This document shows positions 36,664 to 45,982 of a stretch of 64,000 nucleotides of DNA, piece by piece (positions within the stretch are counted from its first letter, which is position 1; every line of letters starts with the position of its first letter). Origin of the DNA: Ignavibacteriota bacterium (GTDB taxonomy: Bacteria > Bacteroidota > Ignavibacteria > Palsa-1295); the NCBI GenBank assembly GCA_963787835.1, contig CAWBEI010000003.1, positions 64,001 through 128,000 on the forward strand, in the 5' to 3' direction. A program made the translations under genes and the position numbers. Under the pieces are notes generated by a model. That model was not told where the DNA came from. It saw only the letters and a list, made by a program, of their open reading frames with translations, and did not search any database.

Positions 36664-37755
36664 TTATGCAGCCCATATTCCTCTCAACGCTTCCTCATTC
36701 ATTCCAGCGGCCATTGCAACCATAAGCTTAATGCGCGCCTTTGGCCCCGTCAGATAAGGCGCAAACATGCAGCCCAGCTTTTCCAATTCGCGACCCGCTC
36801 CCTCGTACGCATAATATGGACGCACCGGCCCAGCCTGACATCGCGTGGTGATGACCACGGGGATCTTCATCTCCCGCGCGCGCGATATTCCATTGATCGC
36901 CCCTGGTGGAACATTCCCCTGTCCCATCGCCTCGATGACGATTCCACGAGCGCCCGCTTTCAATGCAGCTACAAAAAGTGTGTCCTCCATTCCCGAATAT
37001 GTTTTGAGGAGTTCTACATACGGGAGTTCCGCATTCTCGTCGAGTGCAATATTCATTCTGCTGTGTGGTTCGCGAAAGCGGCGTGGTGCATCAGACTTCA
37101 ACGTATTCACAGTTCCAAGCGGCCCGAAATCCGGAGAGCGAAAAGTATCGTCCTTCATCGTATGGGTTTTCGTCACTTCGGATGCTGCGTACACATGCCC
37201 GTTCATCACCACGAGAGTTCCGATATTCCGGAACGCATTGCTTGCTGCGACAGCAAACGCATCGACGAGATTGCGCCCGCCATCCCACGCCGCGTCGGTC
37301 GATGTATGCATCGAACCTGTGAAGATGACTGGAATCGTATCACCAATAACAAGATCGAGGAAATACGCAGATTCTTCCATCGAGTCCGTGCCATGTGTGA
37401 TAACGATACCGTTGGAGTGTTCTTTGGATGACCGATCATCCGCGGATGACCGATCATCCGCAAGTCCATGAACGAAACTCGCAAGCGTGAGCATCATCTC
37501 CGGCGAGACATGCGGCCCAGGCAGCGTCGAAAAATCATGAATGTGGATCTTGAGAGAAGGCAGATACTGCCCAATCTCCGGTACGCGCTCCAGGATCTCC
37601 CGGCCGGCTAATGCGGGGACGACCATCGAGCTTTTGTTCGCGCTTACGGCGATCGTTCCGCCGGTGAATACCGCGGCTATTGTGGAGGTGCCCTTTTCCA
37701 GATTAGCTGAACGTGCTGTAGATGAAATTTCTGTTTCTTCTGTAACAAAACTCAT
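36664..37755 (-). CDS. L-asparaginase
   Basis: TGGTIA, VITHGTDSMEE, FTGSM, KTHT, GQGNVP, KARIKL. Confidence 0.92.
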   Translation of the reverse strand: MSFVTEETEISSTARSANLEKGTSTIAAVFTGGTIAVSANKSSMVVPALAGREILERVPEIGQYLPSLKIHIHDFSTLPGPHVSPEMMLTLASFVHGLADDRSSADDRSSKEHSNGIVITHGTDSMEESAYFLDLVIGDTIPVIFTGSMHTSTDAAWDGGRNLVDAFAVAASNAFRNIGTLVVMNGHVYAASEVTKTHTMKDDTFRSPDFGPLGTVNTLKSDAPRRFREPHSRMNIALDENAELPYVELLKTYSGMEDTLFVAALKAGARGIVIEAMGQGNVPPGAINGISRAREMKIPVVITTRCQAGPVRPYYAYEGAGRELEKLGCMFAPYLTGPKARIKLMVAMAAGMNEEALRGIWAA

Positions 37756-37901
37756 GGAGGAGGATTATTTAGTAAGTTCAATACTTCGTAACCTTTGGAT
37801 GAGAAATGAGATTCCATGTCAATGAACGCTTCTCGCTTCCAAAACTAAACGAGTATTCATTCGTAAGAGACGCATTGCCCTTTATCCAGAGTCACAATAG
37901 A

Positions 37902-38453
37902 ATGTTCCGATCTTTTCTCATCCTCGTGCTCGTTGCAACACCATGTTTGGTCATGGCGCAACAAACAACGCCCGCTAAACATAAGGCAGTGAAAAAACAC
38001 GTGGCTACTCCAGTTGTTGAGGAGAAACCACTCGAAATTCTCGGCATGCGACCCGGTATCACGATCGATAGCATTCGAAGGATCATGAAAGATGCCGGAG
38101 TAACACTCCGCGAAGTTCAACAAGATACGCTTTCGCATTCCTTCGGCGCGCAGGATGTGCATGTCTATGTTGTCGATTCGATTATGTGCCGGCTTACCTA
38201 TATGCGCATGGCATTCCTTACCGATGCATCTCTCAGGCTTCGCCGCTTAACGATCACCCCGCGCGTGAGCGAGATCGCCCTCGGCGCTTCGGATGACATC
38301 GAGAATGTGCTTCTGCTTTACTTCGGACAGAAATGGGGTAAACCCGAGCTAAATCTCGATCCACCATTACCGGTCTTCCGCTGGCGAACCGGAAATATCC
38401 AGATGCGCGGGTTCATACGCCGTGGTTACCCGATGTGGATCCTGGAGGGATAA
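37902..38453 (+). CDS. Secreted hypothetical protein
   Basis: Signal peptide MFRSFLILVLVATPCLVMA-Q from ATG 37902. Divergent from the asparaginase gene. Confidence 0.7.
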   Translation: MFRSFLILVLVATPCLVMAQQTTPAKHKAVKKHVATPVVEEKPLEILGMRPGITIDSIRRIMKDAGVTLREVQQDTLSHSFGAQDVHVYVVDSIMCRLTYMRMAFLTDASLRLRRLTITPRVSEIALGASDDIENVLLLYFGQKWGKPELNLDPPLPVFRWRTGNIQMRGFIRRGYPMWILEG

Positions 38454-38506
38454 TTGCCCAATGGTGTACAGCGGGTTTCAACCTGTGGTCGAAAGAGTGT
38501 CTCCAA

Positions 38507-38723
38507 GAAATAGGTGCCATCTTTCTTTCTTGTGAGTTCCCGACATTCCCTGTTCATCCTTCGTTTCCAGCCCAATTTCGCCAGTTGTTCCAACAGGTAT
38601 TCATAAAAGTCCCTTCACAGAGAACTCGTTCATAATGAAACCTATCGCTTCCATTTTCAATGAGCAACAGAGCACCCATTCTGAATTCTCCATTCTTAAT
38701 TGAAAATTGATATTGGTGCCTAT
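38507..38723. repeat. ~200-nt structured element, copy E2
   Basis: Homologous to 21945-22127 (see E1). Confidence 0.75.
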
Positions 38724-38836
38724 AAAAACACTACTGATAAGCAACGCGCGGAAGAGATAGTTTCATGTTTTCTAAAAGAATCCTATTTTAATGAAAAATT
38801 ATTTGTAACCCGAGCACCCTTGTGCGTTCTTGTATG

Positions 38837-38844
38837 TATATTTG
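38837..38844 (+). promoter_or_regulatory. Putative TAnnTTTG promoter element for the large surface-protein gene
   Basis: TATATTTG 75 nt upstream of ATG 38920. Confidence 0.45.
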
Positions 38845-38960
38845 AATGTAGCAAATAGATTAGTTGGCCCGCCGGATGATTGACGGACCGTCACCACTTA
38901 ATATAAGAAAGCCATAAATATGATACGGAACCATTTAACAACCCACTCCCAAGCGGAGAA

Positions 38961-39029
38961 ACTCAGCACTCAGCACTCAGCACTCAGCACGCAGCACGCA
39001 GCACTCAGCACTCGGCACGCGCACTCAGC
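38961..39029 (+). repeat. Heptamer tandem repeat (ACTCAGC)n, 10 units, one shortened to 6 nt
   Basis: ACTCAGC x4, ACGCAGC x2, ACTCAGC, ACTCGGC, ACGCGC, ACTCAGC. Confidence 0.9.
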
Positions 39030-39050
39030 AAACGTAAGCGAGTAGCGATA

Positions 39051-42000
39051 ATGTTAGTGCTCTTTCTTGCCTGCATGATAAGTGCCGGGAGGCTGCACGC
39101 GCAGGCGGGGCAACTTTTCTATGATGTGACCACACAGCCAACCGCTTCCTGGCTAAGTGGAGCGGTTGCTGCGAGTACAACTTGCAACATCGGTCAATTA
39201 GTACTCAACCTCGCGACGCCCGCATTAGAATTGACAGACAATTCGGGTTCAGTTGTTTCACAGCTTGCACTTAATGCCCAAATTATTCCAAGCAATGCAG
39301 ACGGCCACACCCTCACCAGTAATCATAATTCTTGTATTGTCTGGGTGTCAACAATATCCACTGCAGGTACAATTAATTTAGCGCTATATAGCAATGTTCC
39401 TGCAAATGGGCAAATTAATATGGCTGGCAATATTTTTACCGCACAAGATCATGGACACTATAACGCATTTCTTGTTTCCAGCACCTGCGGTTGCCAGTCA
39501 TGGATAGGAAACGCACAGGCCGCGATGGACGACGCTAACAACCTTTACATCACCTTTGAGTTGAACAGATCGGGACATAGCACGCCATCGAACGAATTAT
39601 GGTATTACGTTTTTTCGTTCGCTAATAATAACTTCAATTGGGTATCTGGTGGGCCAATTCCGAGACCGGGGGATCTCATTCCCGCGACCGGAGCTGGGCA
39701 GCCAACTATAACATGCAACCGTTGGAACAATGGCACGGGAACCGCAACGATAGGGTATATTGCACCCGACCCCAATACAGGCCGCCCCCGTCCAGCACAG
39801 ATTGTAGTTGGCCCAAACACGATTGGCTCACCAGGATGGTTACCGGAACCGAACATGACGCCGATTACCCCTTGCCTTTGGGTGAGAGCGATCAATTCTG
39901 ATAATCCGTATTCAACTCCATTCGTCCATTATTTCTATGCTTATGCGCCGCAGCCACCGGGAGGGCCACACCTGAACAATACACTTTGGTCAACCGATAA
40001 TTCAACAGTTTCCACCGTGATTTCACCCAACCTCGTGCTAAGCCCCTCTTCCGATGGCGTAACCACTTTGGCTGATCCCGCCGTTGGTGACGGCTACATC
40101 GCCGCAATTCCAAATCAAGCAGCGACGGTTTATTGCGCCTTTGTAGAAAACTCATCGGGAATGCAAAATCTTAGGATAACCCGCGAGTTCGGTAATAATA
40201 ATTCCATTGTTCAAACTAATCCAATTTATAATTGGTATTCGTTAGGATGTAATCAAATGGGAGTTTTTATCGCGTTCGGCAACAGTTCCGGCAACAGAAT
40301 GTGGCGAGCTTTCCGGCCATTCTACGGAGACATTATGGAAAATACTGTTGCATCCGGTCTTTGTAAGGTCGATCCAAATTCAAATTCTGCTGTCCAAGGT
40401 ATTGGAGTAGGTACAGCAGCACGTTTGACCGCAGGTATCAGTGATACTCTGAGAGTTTTCGAAGAGTCCAATATTACCCCTGCTCAACTATTCCAATTTA
40501 CAAATTCGAACCCAATCACTACGCCACCAGTGCTTTGGGCAGGCGAACATCCTTCTTCAAATATCGATGCCGATCCAGGGAATGCAAGAGGTGAGATTAT
40601 ATTAGACCTAGGTTCGAATGTCGATTTTGGCGGTGAGTTAACGCCGCCCCTTCTTGGTGCAATCTTCCAAGCTCGTTCTGATGGTCAAATAGACTATAAT
40701 GGAGCGATTTTCGGGAATGAGAAATCAGACCTCATTGGTTGCGTCGGCGAAACACGTGTTTCTGATCTAAGTACAAATCGGAGGGGAATTTTCAACATTA
40801 ATTACCCACTTTCATTTAACGTTGCGTCTCCACCTCAGTCATCGCCAGTAAGTAATACCGGGGGGATTTATGGGGGATCCATATTTGGTGGTGTAAAAGG
40901 TTTAGTGAACTTTATTTGTTCGGAGGGCTTCCCTTATTGGTACTATATGACCATATCGGGGCAAGGTTTAGGAATGAACTTCGACCAGACGTATATGTAT
41001 TTAGGCCAGCCAATTGATCCCGGAGGTGGACAGTATCAAATAGGTGCACTGGATGCTGGGGATGGGAACGGCCCGCCGAACAGCATAATTTTCACAAATG
41101 GCATAATAAGTAATCTCCATCAACCGAATGGTTGGACCGGGGGCTCTGGGCAATTTGTGCCCGATATAGGCCCAGGATACTCACCTAACTTATACCAATA
41201 CAATGTTGCATTTGATGCTTGGTGTCCATTATATAATGTTGCGAACATCAATATCTCGAATAATATCATCCTTTATACCAACTTTACGCTCTACTATACT
41301 GATGATAACATTGGGGGGGCAGGCGATCCAGCCGTTTTAGTCAACTTAAATAATAATAAAACCGAAGATATTGCTTACGCTGGTGAAGCGGCCGCTTCTA
41401 GTGGTAATATCGATGATTATGGCAACAGCTTGTTCCTTTTGCAATGGCTTGCATATAATTCCCAGGGTTATTTGGCTCAATTCCAAGGCCAGATAAATAT
41501 CCTCGGAAATCAAATGATGGGCGATTGGCCTGAAAATGGTTCAACTATGAGTGACCCTTCAGAAACAATCATCCTCGATGGTTGGTCTGTTCCAGTCAAT
41601 CAGCAATGGCGGGTGAAATGTGATGACAATATCTTTGATAATCGCTCAACCGGGGACGGGAGCTATGTTCCCAACTACAATTCGAATTCTATTGCTGTTC
41701 TTTTGAACGACGGGGCCGAGGTCGATGTTTCCAATAATACGATTAACGGATATGGCTACGGCATCGTTAATGAAATCCAGAATAATGCTTACTCGTTTTA
41801 CTGCAATAATACGATCACCCAAGCAGGACAATCGACTCCTAATGGTATTGGAATCCTTGAGGAGGGCGGTCAAGGCTCAGTATATCCTAAACTTAACGTC
41901 ACGAGTAATTTATCTATTGGATATGAAGTAACCGGAACCAATCAAAGCACCCCGGTTGCAAATCAGTTTAACAACTGCACCATTGGTGCGGAATTCGGGG

Positions 42001-43238
42001 GGTTTGCTCATACTATTCTGAATGGCTCCCACACCGGTGCAGATAATTTCGCCGGCTTCAATCAATTCGAAAATAATACGCAAGCTCAGGTTGTTTTGGT
42101 TGACAATGGAATTCAGAGTGCACAGCCGCTATTTGGATTACCGAACGCACCTGGTTGCACACAGCAAATAACGGGCATCTTTGGCGAAAATATATTCGCA
42201 CTCCCTTCCTCACCGAACACCGCATTGCATTTCCAATCTTTGAATTCTTACACTCTCAACGGATCAATAACGGAGAACCAATGGAGTCCGAACATTCAGA
42301 GCAATAACGTTTGTACAAATACGGCATCACCCGATCCAAAGATGAATAACATAGCGTACTTCAATATCGGTAACGGGTCGGCTACAGGGTCTTTTACTTG
42401 CGGTACTGACGGAAATGGAAACCATTACAAAACAAAGCAGGGGAAAATGGGGTCTCTATCAAACCTGAATAACAATCCAGTACCCCCGTCCGATAGCGAA
42501 TGGTTGTATTACGAAGCGCAACAATGGATTAGTGTCAATAATCAATTCGCACTTGATACGATGCGACTTTTCGTCGAACAGCATCCAATGGATCGCACTC
42601 TCATTCCATCCGCCCTTGGCTACACCGACCAAATAGTCGCGTTAATTGCCGATAGCGGGGTGTATATCGTGACACAGGATTGGATCGATGAGTATAATTG
42701 GCTTGCTAGTGTATATGCTTCAGATACCGCTGCTTGGTATGAATCAAATGTTCTCTTGGCGATGGCCGATGCGGAAAATTATTTTAACTTGAACGAGGAC
42801 GCAAATTTATACTGGAATATATCTCGTTTATTCCCGTTTGCATACAGTACCGATTCTACTGAGATATCATTCATTCGGAACTTTCAACATGAGCGTAATT
42901 TGGACACGACCCCATTCCATGTAATTCAAATTCCGCCAGTTCCTTATGGTTCAAGCTATGTCACGCCTTCGTTAGCTCAAAACACCACATTATCAGTGGC
43001 TCCGAACCCAGCGAACCAAACGTTGACGGCATATATAACTACAACGTTTTCAGCACCAGCCACGCTGGAAATTTATGATGCGCTTGGGCAGCGTGTAATG
43101 GCACTGCCTTCACCACGTTTGCAAATGGGCAATAATCAATTTAATTTCGATTGCTCTACATTGGCGGCAGGAAATTATTTCTTGCGTCTCTCGACGGGCG
43201 AAACCGTTCAAACGGTGAGGATTGCTATAGAGCATTAA
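39051..43238 (+). CDS. Very large Asn/Gly-rich secreted protein with beta-helix-like region and T9SS C-terminal domain (true start possibly 38920)
   Basis: h-region/cleavage site ...RLHA-Q, repeated NN(I/T)I and NQF motifs typical of parallel beta-helices, C-terminal LSVAPNPAN...EIYDALGQRV...AGNYFLRL...RIAIEH. Confidence 0.85.
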   Translation: MLVLFLACMISAGRLHAQAGQLFYDVTTQPTASWLSGAVAASTTCNIGQLVLNLATPALELTDNSGSVVSQLALNAQIIPSNADGHTLTSNHNSCIVWVSTISTAGTINLALYSNVPANGQINMAGNIFTAQDHGHYNAFLVSSTCGCQSWIGNAQAAMDDANNLYITFELNRSGHSTPSNELWYYVFSFANNNFNWVSGGPIPRPGDLIPATGAGQPTITCNRWNNGTGTATIGYIAPDPNTGRPRPAQIVVGPNTIGSPGWLPEPNMTPITPCLWVRAINSDNPYSTPFVHYFYAYAPQPPGGPHLNNTLWSTDNSTVSTVISPNLVLSPSSDGVTTLADPAVGDGYIAAIPNQAATVYCAFVENSSGMQNLRITREFGNNNSIVQTNPIYNWYSLGCNQMGVFIAFGNSSGNRMWRAFRPFYGDIMENTVASGLCKVDPNSNSAVQGIGVGTAARLTAGISDTLRVFEESNITPAQLFQFTNSNPITTPPVLWAGEHPSSNIDADPGNARGEIILDLGSNVDFGGELTPPLLGAIFQARSDGQIDYNGAIFGNEKSDLIGCVGETRVSDLSTNRRGIFNINYPLSFNVASPPQSSPVSNTGGIYGGSIFGGVKGLVNFICSEGFPYWYYMTISGQGLGMNFDQTYMYLGQPIDPGGGQYQIGALDAGDGNGPPNSIIFTNGIISNLHQPNGWTGGSGQFVPDIGPGYSPNLYQYNVAFDAWCPLYNVANINISNNIILYTNFTLYYTDDNIGGAGDPAVLVNLNNNKTEDIAYAGEAAASSGNIDDYGNSLFLLQWLAYNSQGYLAQFQGQINILGNQMMGDWPENGSTMSDPSETIILDGWSVPVNQQWRVKCDDNIFDNRSTGDGSYVPNYNSNSIAVLLNDGAEVDVSNNTINGYGYGIVNEIQNNAYSFYCNNTITQAGQSTPNGIGILEEGGQGSVYPKLNVTSNLSIGYEVTGTNQSTPVANQFNNCTIGAEFGGFAHTILNGSHTGADNFAGFNQFENNTQAQVVLVDNGIQSAQPLFGLPNAPGCTQQITGIFGENIFALPSSPNTALHFQSLNSYTLNGSITENQWSPNIQSNNVCTNTASPDPKMNNIAYFNIGNGSATGSFTCGTDGNGNHYKTKQGKMGSLSNLNNNPVPPSDSEWLYYEAQQWISVNNQFALDTMRLFVEQHPMDRTLIPSALGYTDQIVALIADSGVYIVTQDWIDEYNWLASVYASDTAAWYESNVLLAMADAENYFNLNEDANLYWNISRLFPFAYSTDSTEISFIRNFQHERNLDTTPFHVIQIPPVPYGSSYVTPSLAQNTTLSVAPNPANQTLTAYITTTFSAPATLEIYDALGQRVMALPSPRLQMGNNQFNFDCSTLAAGNYFLRLSTGETVQTVRIAIEH

Positions 43239-43255
43239 GGAATTACTTACGCTCC

Positions 43256-43290
43256 AACCTCTCCCTCACACGAGGGAGAGGTTTTTTATT
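43256..43290 (+). terminator. Rho-independent terminator
   Basis: AACCTCTCCCTC-ACAC-GAGGGAGAGGTT followed by a T run. Confidence 0.85.
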
Positions 43291-43343
43291 TGCTTGACTT
43301 TGGATAGACGAAATTGAGCGCGGCATAACGGTGTTGTACTCTA

Positions 43344-44417
43344 ATGCCCTCCAAACGCAATGAAGCCGTAACCCCCGATCGCACCGCGAATGAGCGATCA
43401 TTTGCGGAAGCAGAATACGAGCGATCGTTGCGGCCGCGCGAATTTGAAGAATTCACGGGCCAATCCAGCATCATCGAGAACTTGCGCATCTTTATCTCTG
43501 CGGCTCGCGCGCGGGGTCAGGCGCTCGATCATGTGTTATTTACCGGCCCTCCCGGTCTTGGCAAGACGACGCTCGCGCATATTATAGCGAACGAAATGTC
43601 CGCACAGATCCGCACCACATCCGGCCCCGTCATCGAGCGCGCCGGCGATCTGGCAGGATTATTGACCTCTTTAGAAGAAGGCGATGTGTTATTTATCGAT
43701 GAGATCCACCGGCTTTCCGCAGTAGTCGAGGAATATTTGTACTCCGCTATGGAGGACTACAAGCTCGACATCATGATCGATAGCGGCCCCAGCGCACGCT
43801 CCATTCAGATCGAACTGAAGCCGTTCACGCTCATCGGAGCCACCACCCGAGCGGGATTGCTCTCCGCGCCGCTTCGCTCCCGCTTCGGTATTACCAACCG
43901 CCTGGACTATTATCAGGCTCCGGCGCTAAAAAAGATCGTCGAGCGGAGTGCACGGCTTATTCAGATCAAAATTGATGACGAAGGCGCCCTCGAGATCGCA
44001 CGGCGCTCACGCGGGACGCCACGCATTGCCAATCGGCTGCTGCATCGCACCCGCGATTTTGCACAGGTAAAAGGCGATGGAAGCATCACCCGCGAGATCG
44101 CGCTTATTTCACTGAAAGCACTGGAAGTCGATGAACATGGTTTAGATGAGATGGATAAACGTATCCTGCTTACGATCATCGAAAAATTTGGCGGCGGCCC
44201 GGTTGGTTTGAACACCATTGCGGTCGCCGTTGGCGAGGAAGGCGGTACGATCGAGGAAGTCTATGAACCATTCCTGATCCAGGAGGGCTTTCTTGCACGG
44301 ACTCCACGTGGCCGTGAGGCGACGAAGTTGGCATATAAACATTTTGGGATCATCGAGAAGGATATCGCTGGCAATGTACAGGAGGGCACGTTGTTTGCAG
44401 AAACACGTTCCTCATAA
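43344..44417 (+). CDS. ruvB: Holliday junction branch migration ATPase RuvB
   Basis: [56 protein letters not shown]. Confidence 0.98.
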   Translation: MPSKRNEAVTPDRTANERSFAEAEYERSLRPREFEEFTGQSSIIENLRIFISAARARGQALDHVLFTGPPGLGKTTLAHIIANEMSAQIRTTSGPVIERAGDLAGLLTSLEEGDVLFIDEIHRLSAVVEEYLYSAMEDYKLDIMIDSGPSARSIQIELKPFTLIGATTRAGLLSAPLRSRFGITNRLDYYQAPALKKIVERSARLIQIKIDDEGALEIARRSRGTPRIANRLLHRTRDFAQVKGDGSITREIALISLKALEVDEHGLDEMDKRILLTIIEKFGGGPVGLNTIAVAVGEEGGTIEEVYEPFLIQEGFLARTPRGREATKLAYKHFGIIEKDIAGNVQEGTLFAETRSS

Positions 44418-44450
44418 TTCATCATTCACCATTCATAATTCATCATTGCC

Positions 44451-45106
44451 ATGAAGGGCACACCACTAACGGAATCGACGTACGAATACATCGTCACGCA
44501 TTTTGCGTCCGGCGAACGGGCACTGCTTGAAAAAATGAGCGTTCGAGCTGTCGCGGCGGGGATGCCGATGATCATGATCTCGGAAGATCAGGCGAAATTC
44601 ATTTCTTTCTTTTAAAAGCGATCAAGGCAAAGCGCGCGCTCGATGTGGGAACGCTCTTCGGATACAGCGCCGCTATCATGGCGCGCGCCATGGGTACGGA
44701 TTCCGAAGTAGTCACCCTTGAACGCAACGAGATGCATGCGAATGTCGCAAAGGAAAACATCGACACGCTGCACCTTCGGAACATCACGATAAAACTTGGG
44801 CCTGCGCTCGAAGTCATGAAGCTGATGCGCCGCGAGACGTTCGATTTTATCCTTATCGATGCTGATAAGCCGAATTATACTCCCTACCTGAACGAGGCGT
44901 TGCGGCTAATCCGTCCGGGTGGAGTGATCGCCGGGGATAACGCGCTCGCCTGGGGCAAATTGACCACAGACCTTGCAAAGGGCGATCCGGATGCTGCCAG
45001 CGTGAAGGCTATTCGCTCGTTCAATGAAACCTTCGCAAACCAAAAAACGCTTTTTTCAACGCTTATTCCCGTTGGCGATGGCATGGTAATGGGTGTGCTT
45101 AAATAA
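44451..45106 (+). pseudogene. Cation-dependent O-methyltransferase (CCoAOMT/COMT-like) interrupted by a -1 frameshift
   Basis: ATG 44451 gives MKGTPLTESTYEYIV...MMISEDQAKFISFF then TAA at 44613-44615. The -1 frame continues LKAIKAKRALDVGTLFGYSA...FDFILIDADKPNY...GDNALAWG...PVGDG. Confidence 0.8.
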
Positions 45107-45168
45107 AAGTCTGTTTTCGCCTGTTACTTTCGTCTTGTCGGTGTGTTAATCCATTTTTTGAATACTGC

Positions 45169-45966
45169 ATGATCGTGCCGAAGAAGTATTGTTTTATCGT
45201 TTCTTTTATTCTACTCGTACTGCTGGGCGTTCCAACCGCCCAGTCTCAAATATCCAAAACGGTCGGGTTGCTCAAAGGAGTCGTGACATTAGCAGATGGC
45301 ACGCCCGTGGTCGATGTACCCGTCACCATCTTCAAGGGAACGGAAGTTCTCACAACGACAAAATCCAGCCCCGAGGGGAAGATCAGCACCGTGCTTCAGC
45401 CGAACGCAACGTATCGCCTGAGAGTCAATTCCAGTAACTATTTGTATCATGAAGATACACTCGTGCTTGGCGCGCTCAAGACCTATCAGGAGTTCCCGGT
45501 TCACATGGTGCTCTCGCCATTGAGGGATGGTCAGGCATTCGAACTGCAATCCCCGGTTTTTGCACCTAAATCTCAGAGCATCTTATCCTGCACCTTACCG
45601 GCATTCGATCGCATCGTCGATCAGATGAAGCACAATCCAAAGCTTTCGGTGAGCATCACCGTCTATCCCGATGCACCCGTAAAATCGAAAAAGGATGCTG
45701 CCCAAAAAACACTCGCGGCCGGCCGTGAAACATCGATGCGCTCGTATTTTCTGAATAAAGGAATTACAGAATCCCGCTTTAGCGTCCAGAGTGAGATCAC
45801 AAGCGTCCCACCCGGAATATTTCAGCCGAACGATCCAGCGTTTCCACCCGCTCCGGCAGCGACCACTACTTCAAGTAAGAAAAAGAAGAAGGGTCACACC
45901 CCCGCGCCGGCTTCAACTTCCCTCATTCCGCAATTTGTTGCGGTTGTCGCGCACATCGCCTCATAG
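45169..45966 (+). CDS. Secreted protein: carboxypeptidase-regulatory-like domain plus degenerate OmpA-like domain
   Basis: Signal peptide, LKGVVTLADGTPV...YRLRV, then VFAPKSQSI...MKHNPKLSVSITVY...LAAGRETSMRSYFLNKGI. Confidence 0.65.
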   Translation: MIVPKKYCFIVSFILLVLLGVPTAQSQISKTVGLLKGVVTLADGTPVVDVPVTIFKGTEVLTTTKSSPEGKISTVLQPNATYRLRVNSSNYLYHEDTLVLGALKTYQEFPVHMVLSPLRDGQAFELQSPVFAPKSQSILSCTLPAFDRIVDQMKHNPKLSVSITVYPDAPVKSKKDAAQKTLAAGRETSMRSYFLNKGITESRFSVQSEITSVPPGIFQPNDPAFPPAPAATTTSSKKKKKGHTPAPASTSLIPQFVAVVAHIAS

Positions 45967-45982
45967 CGAACGCCGTCGGTTG

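Noticed and set aside
36613-37471. 272-aa and 208-aa plus-strand ORFs
   Set aside because: Antisense to the well-supported asparaginase gene
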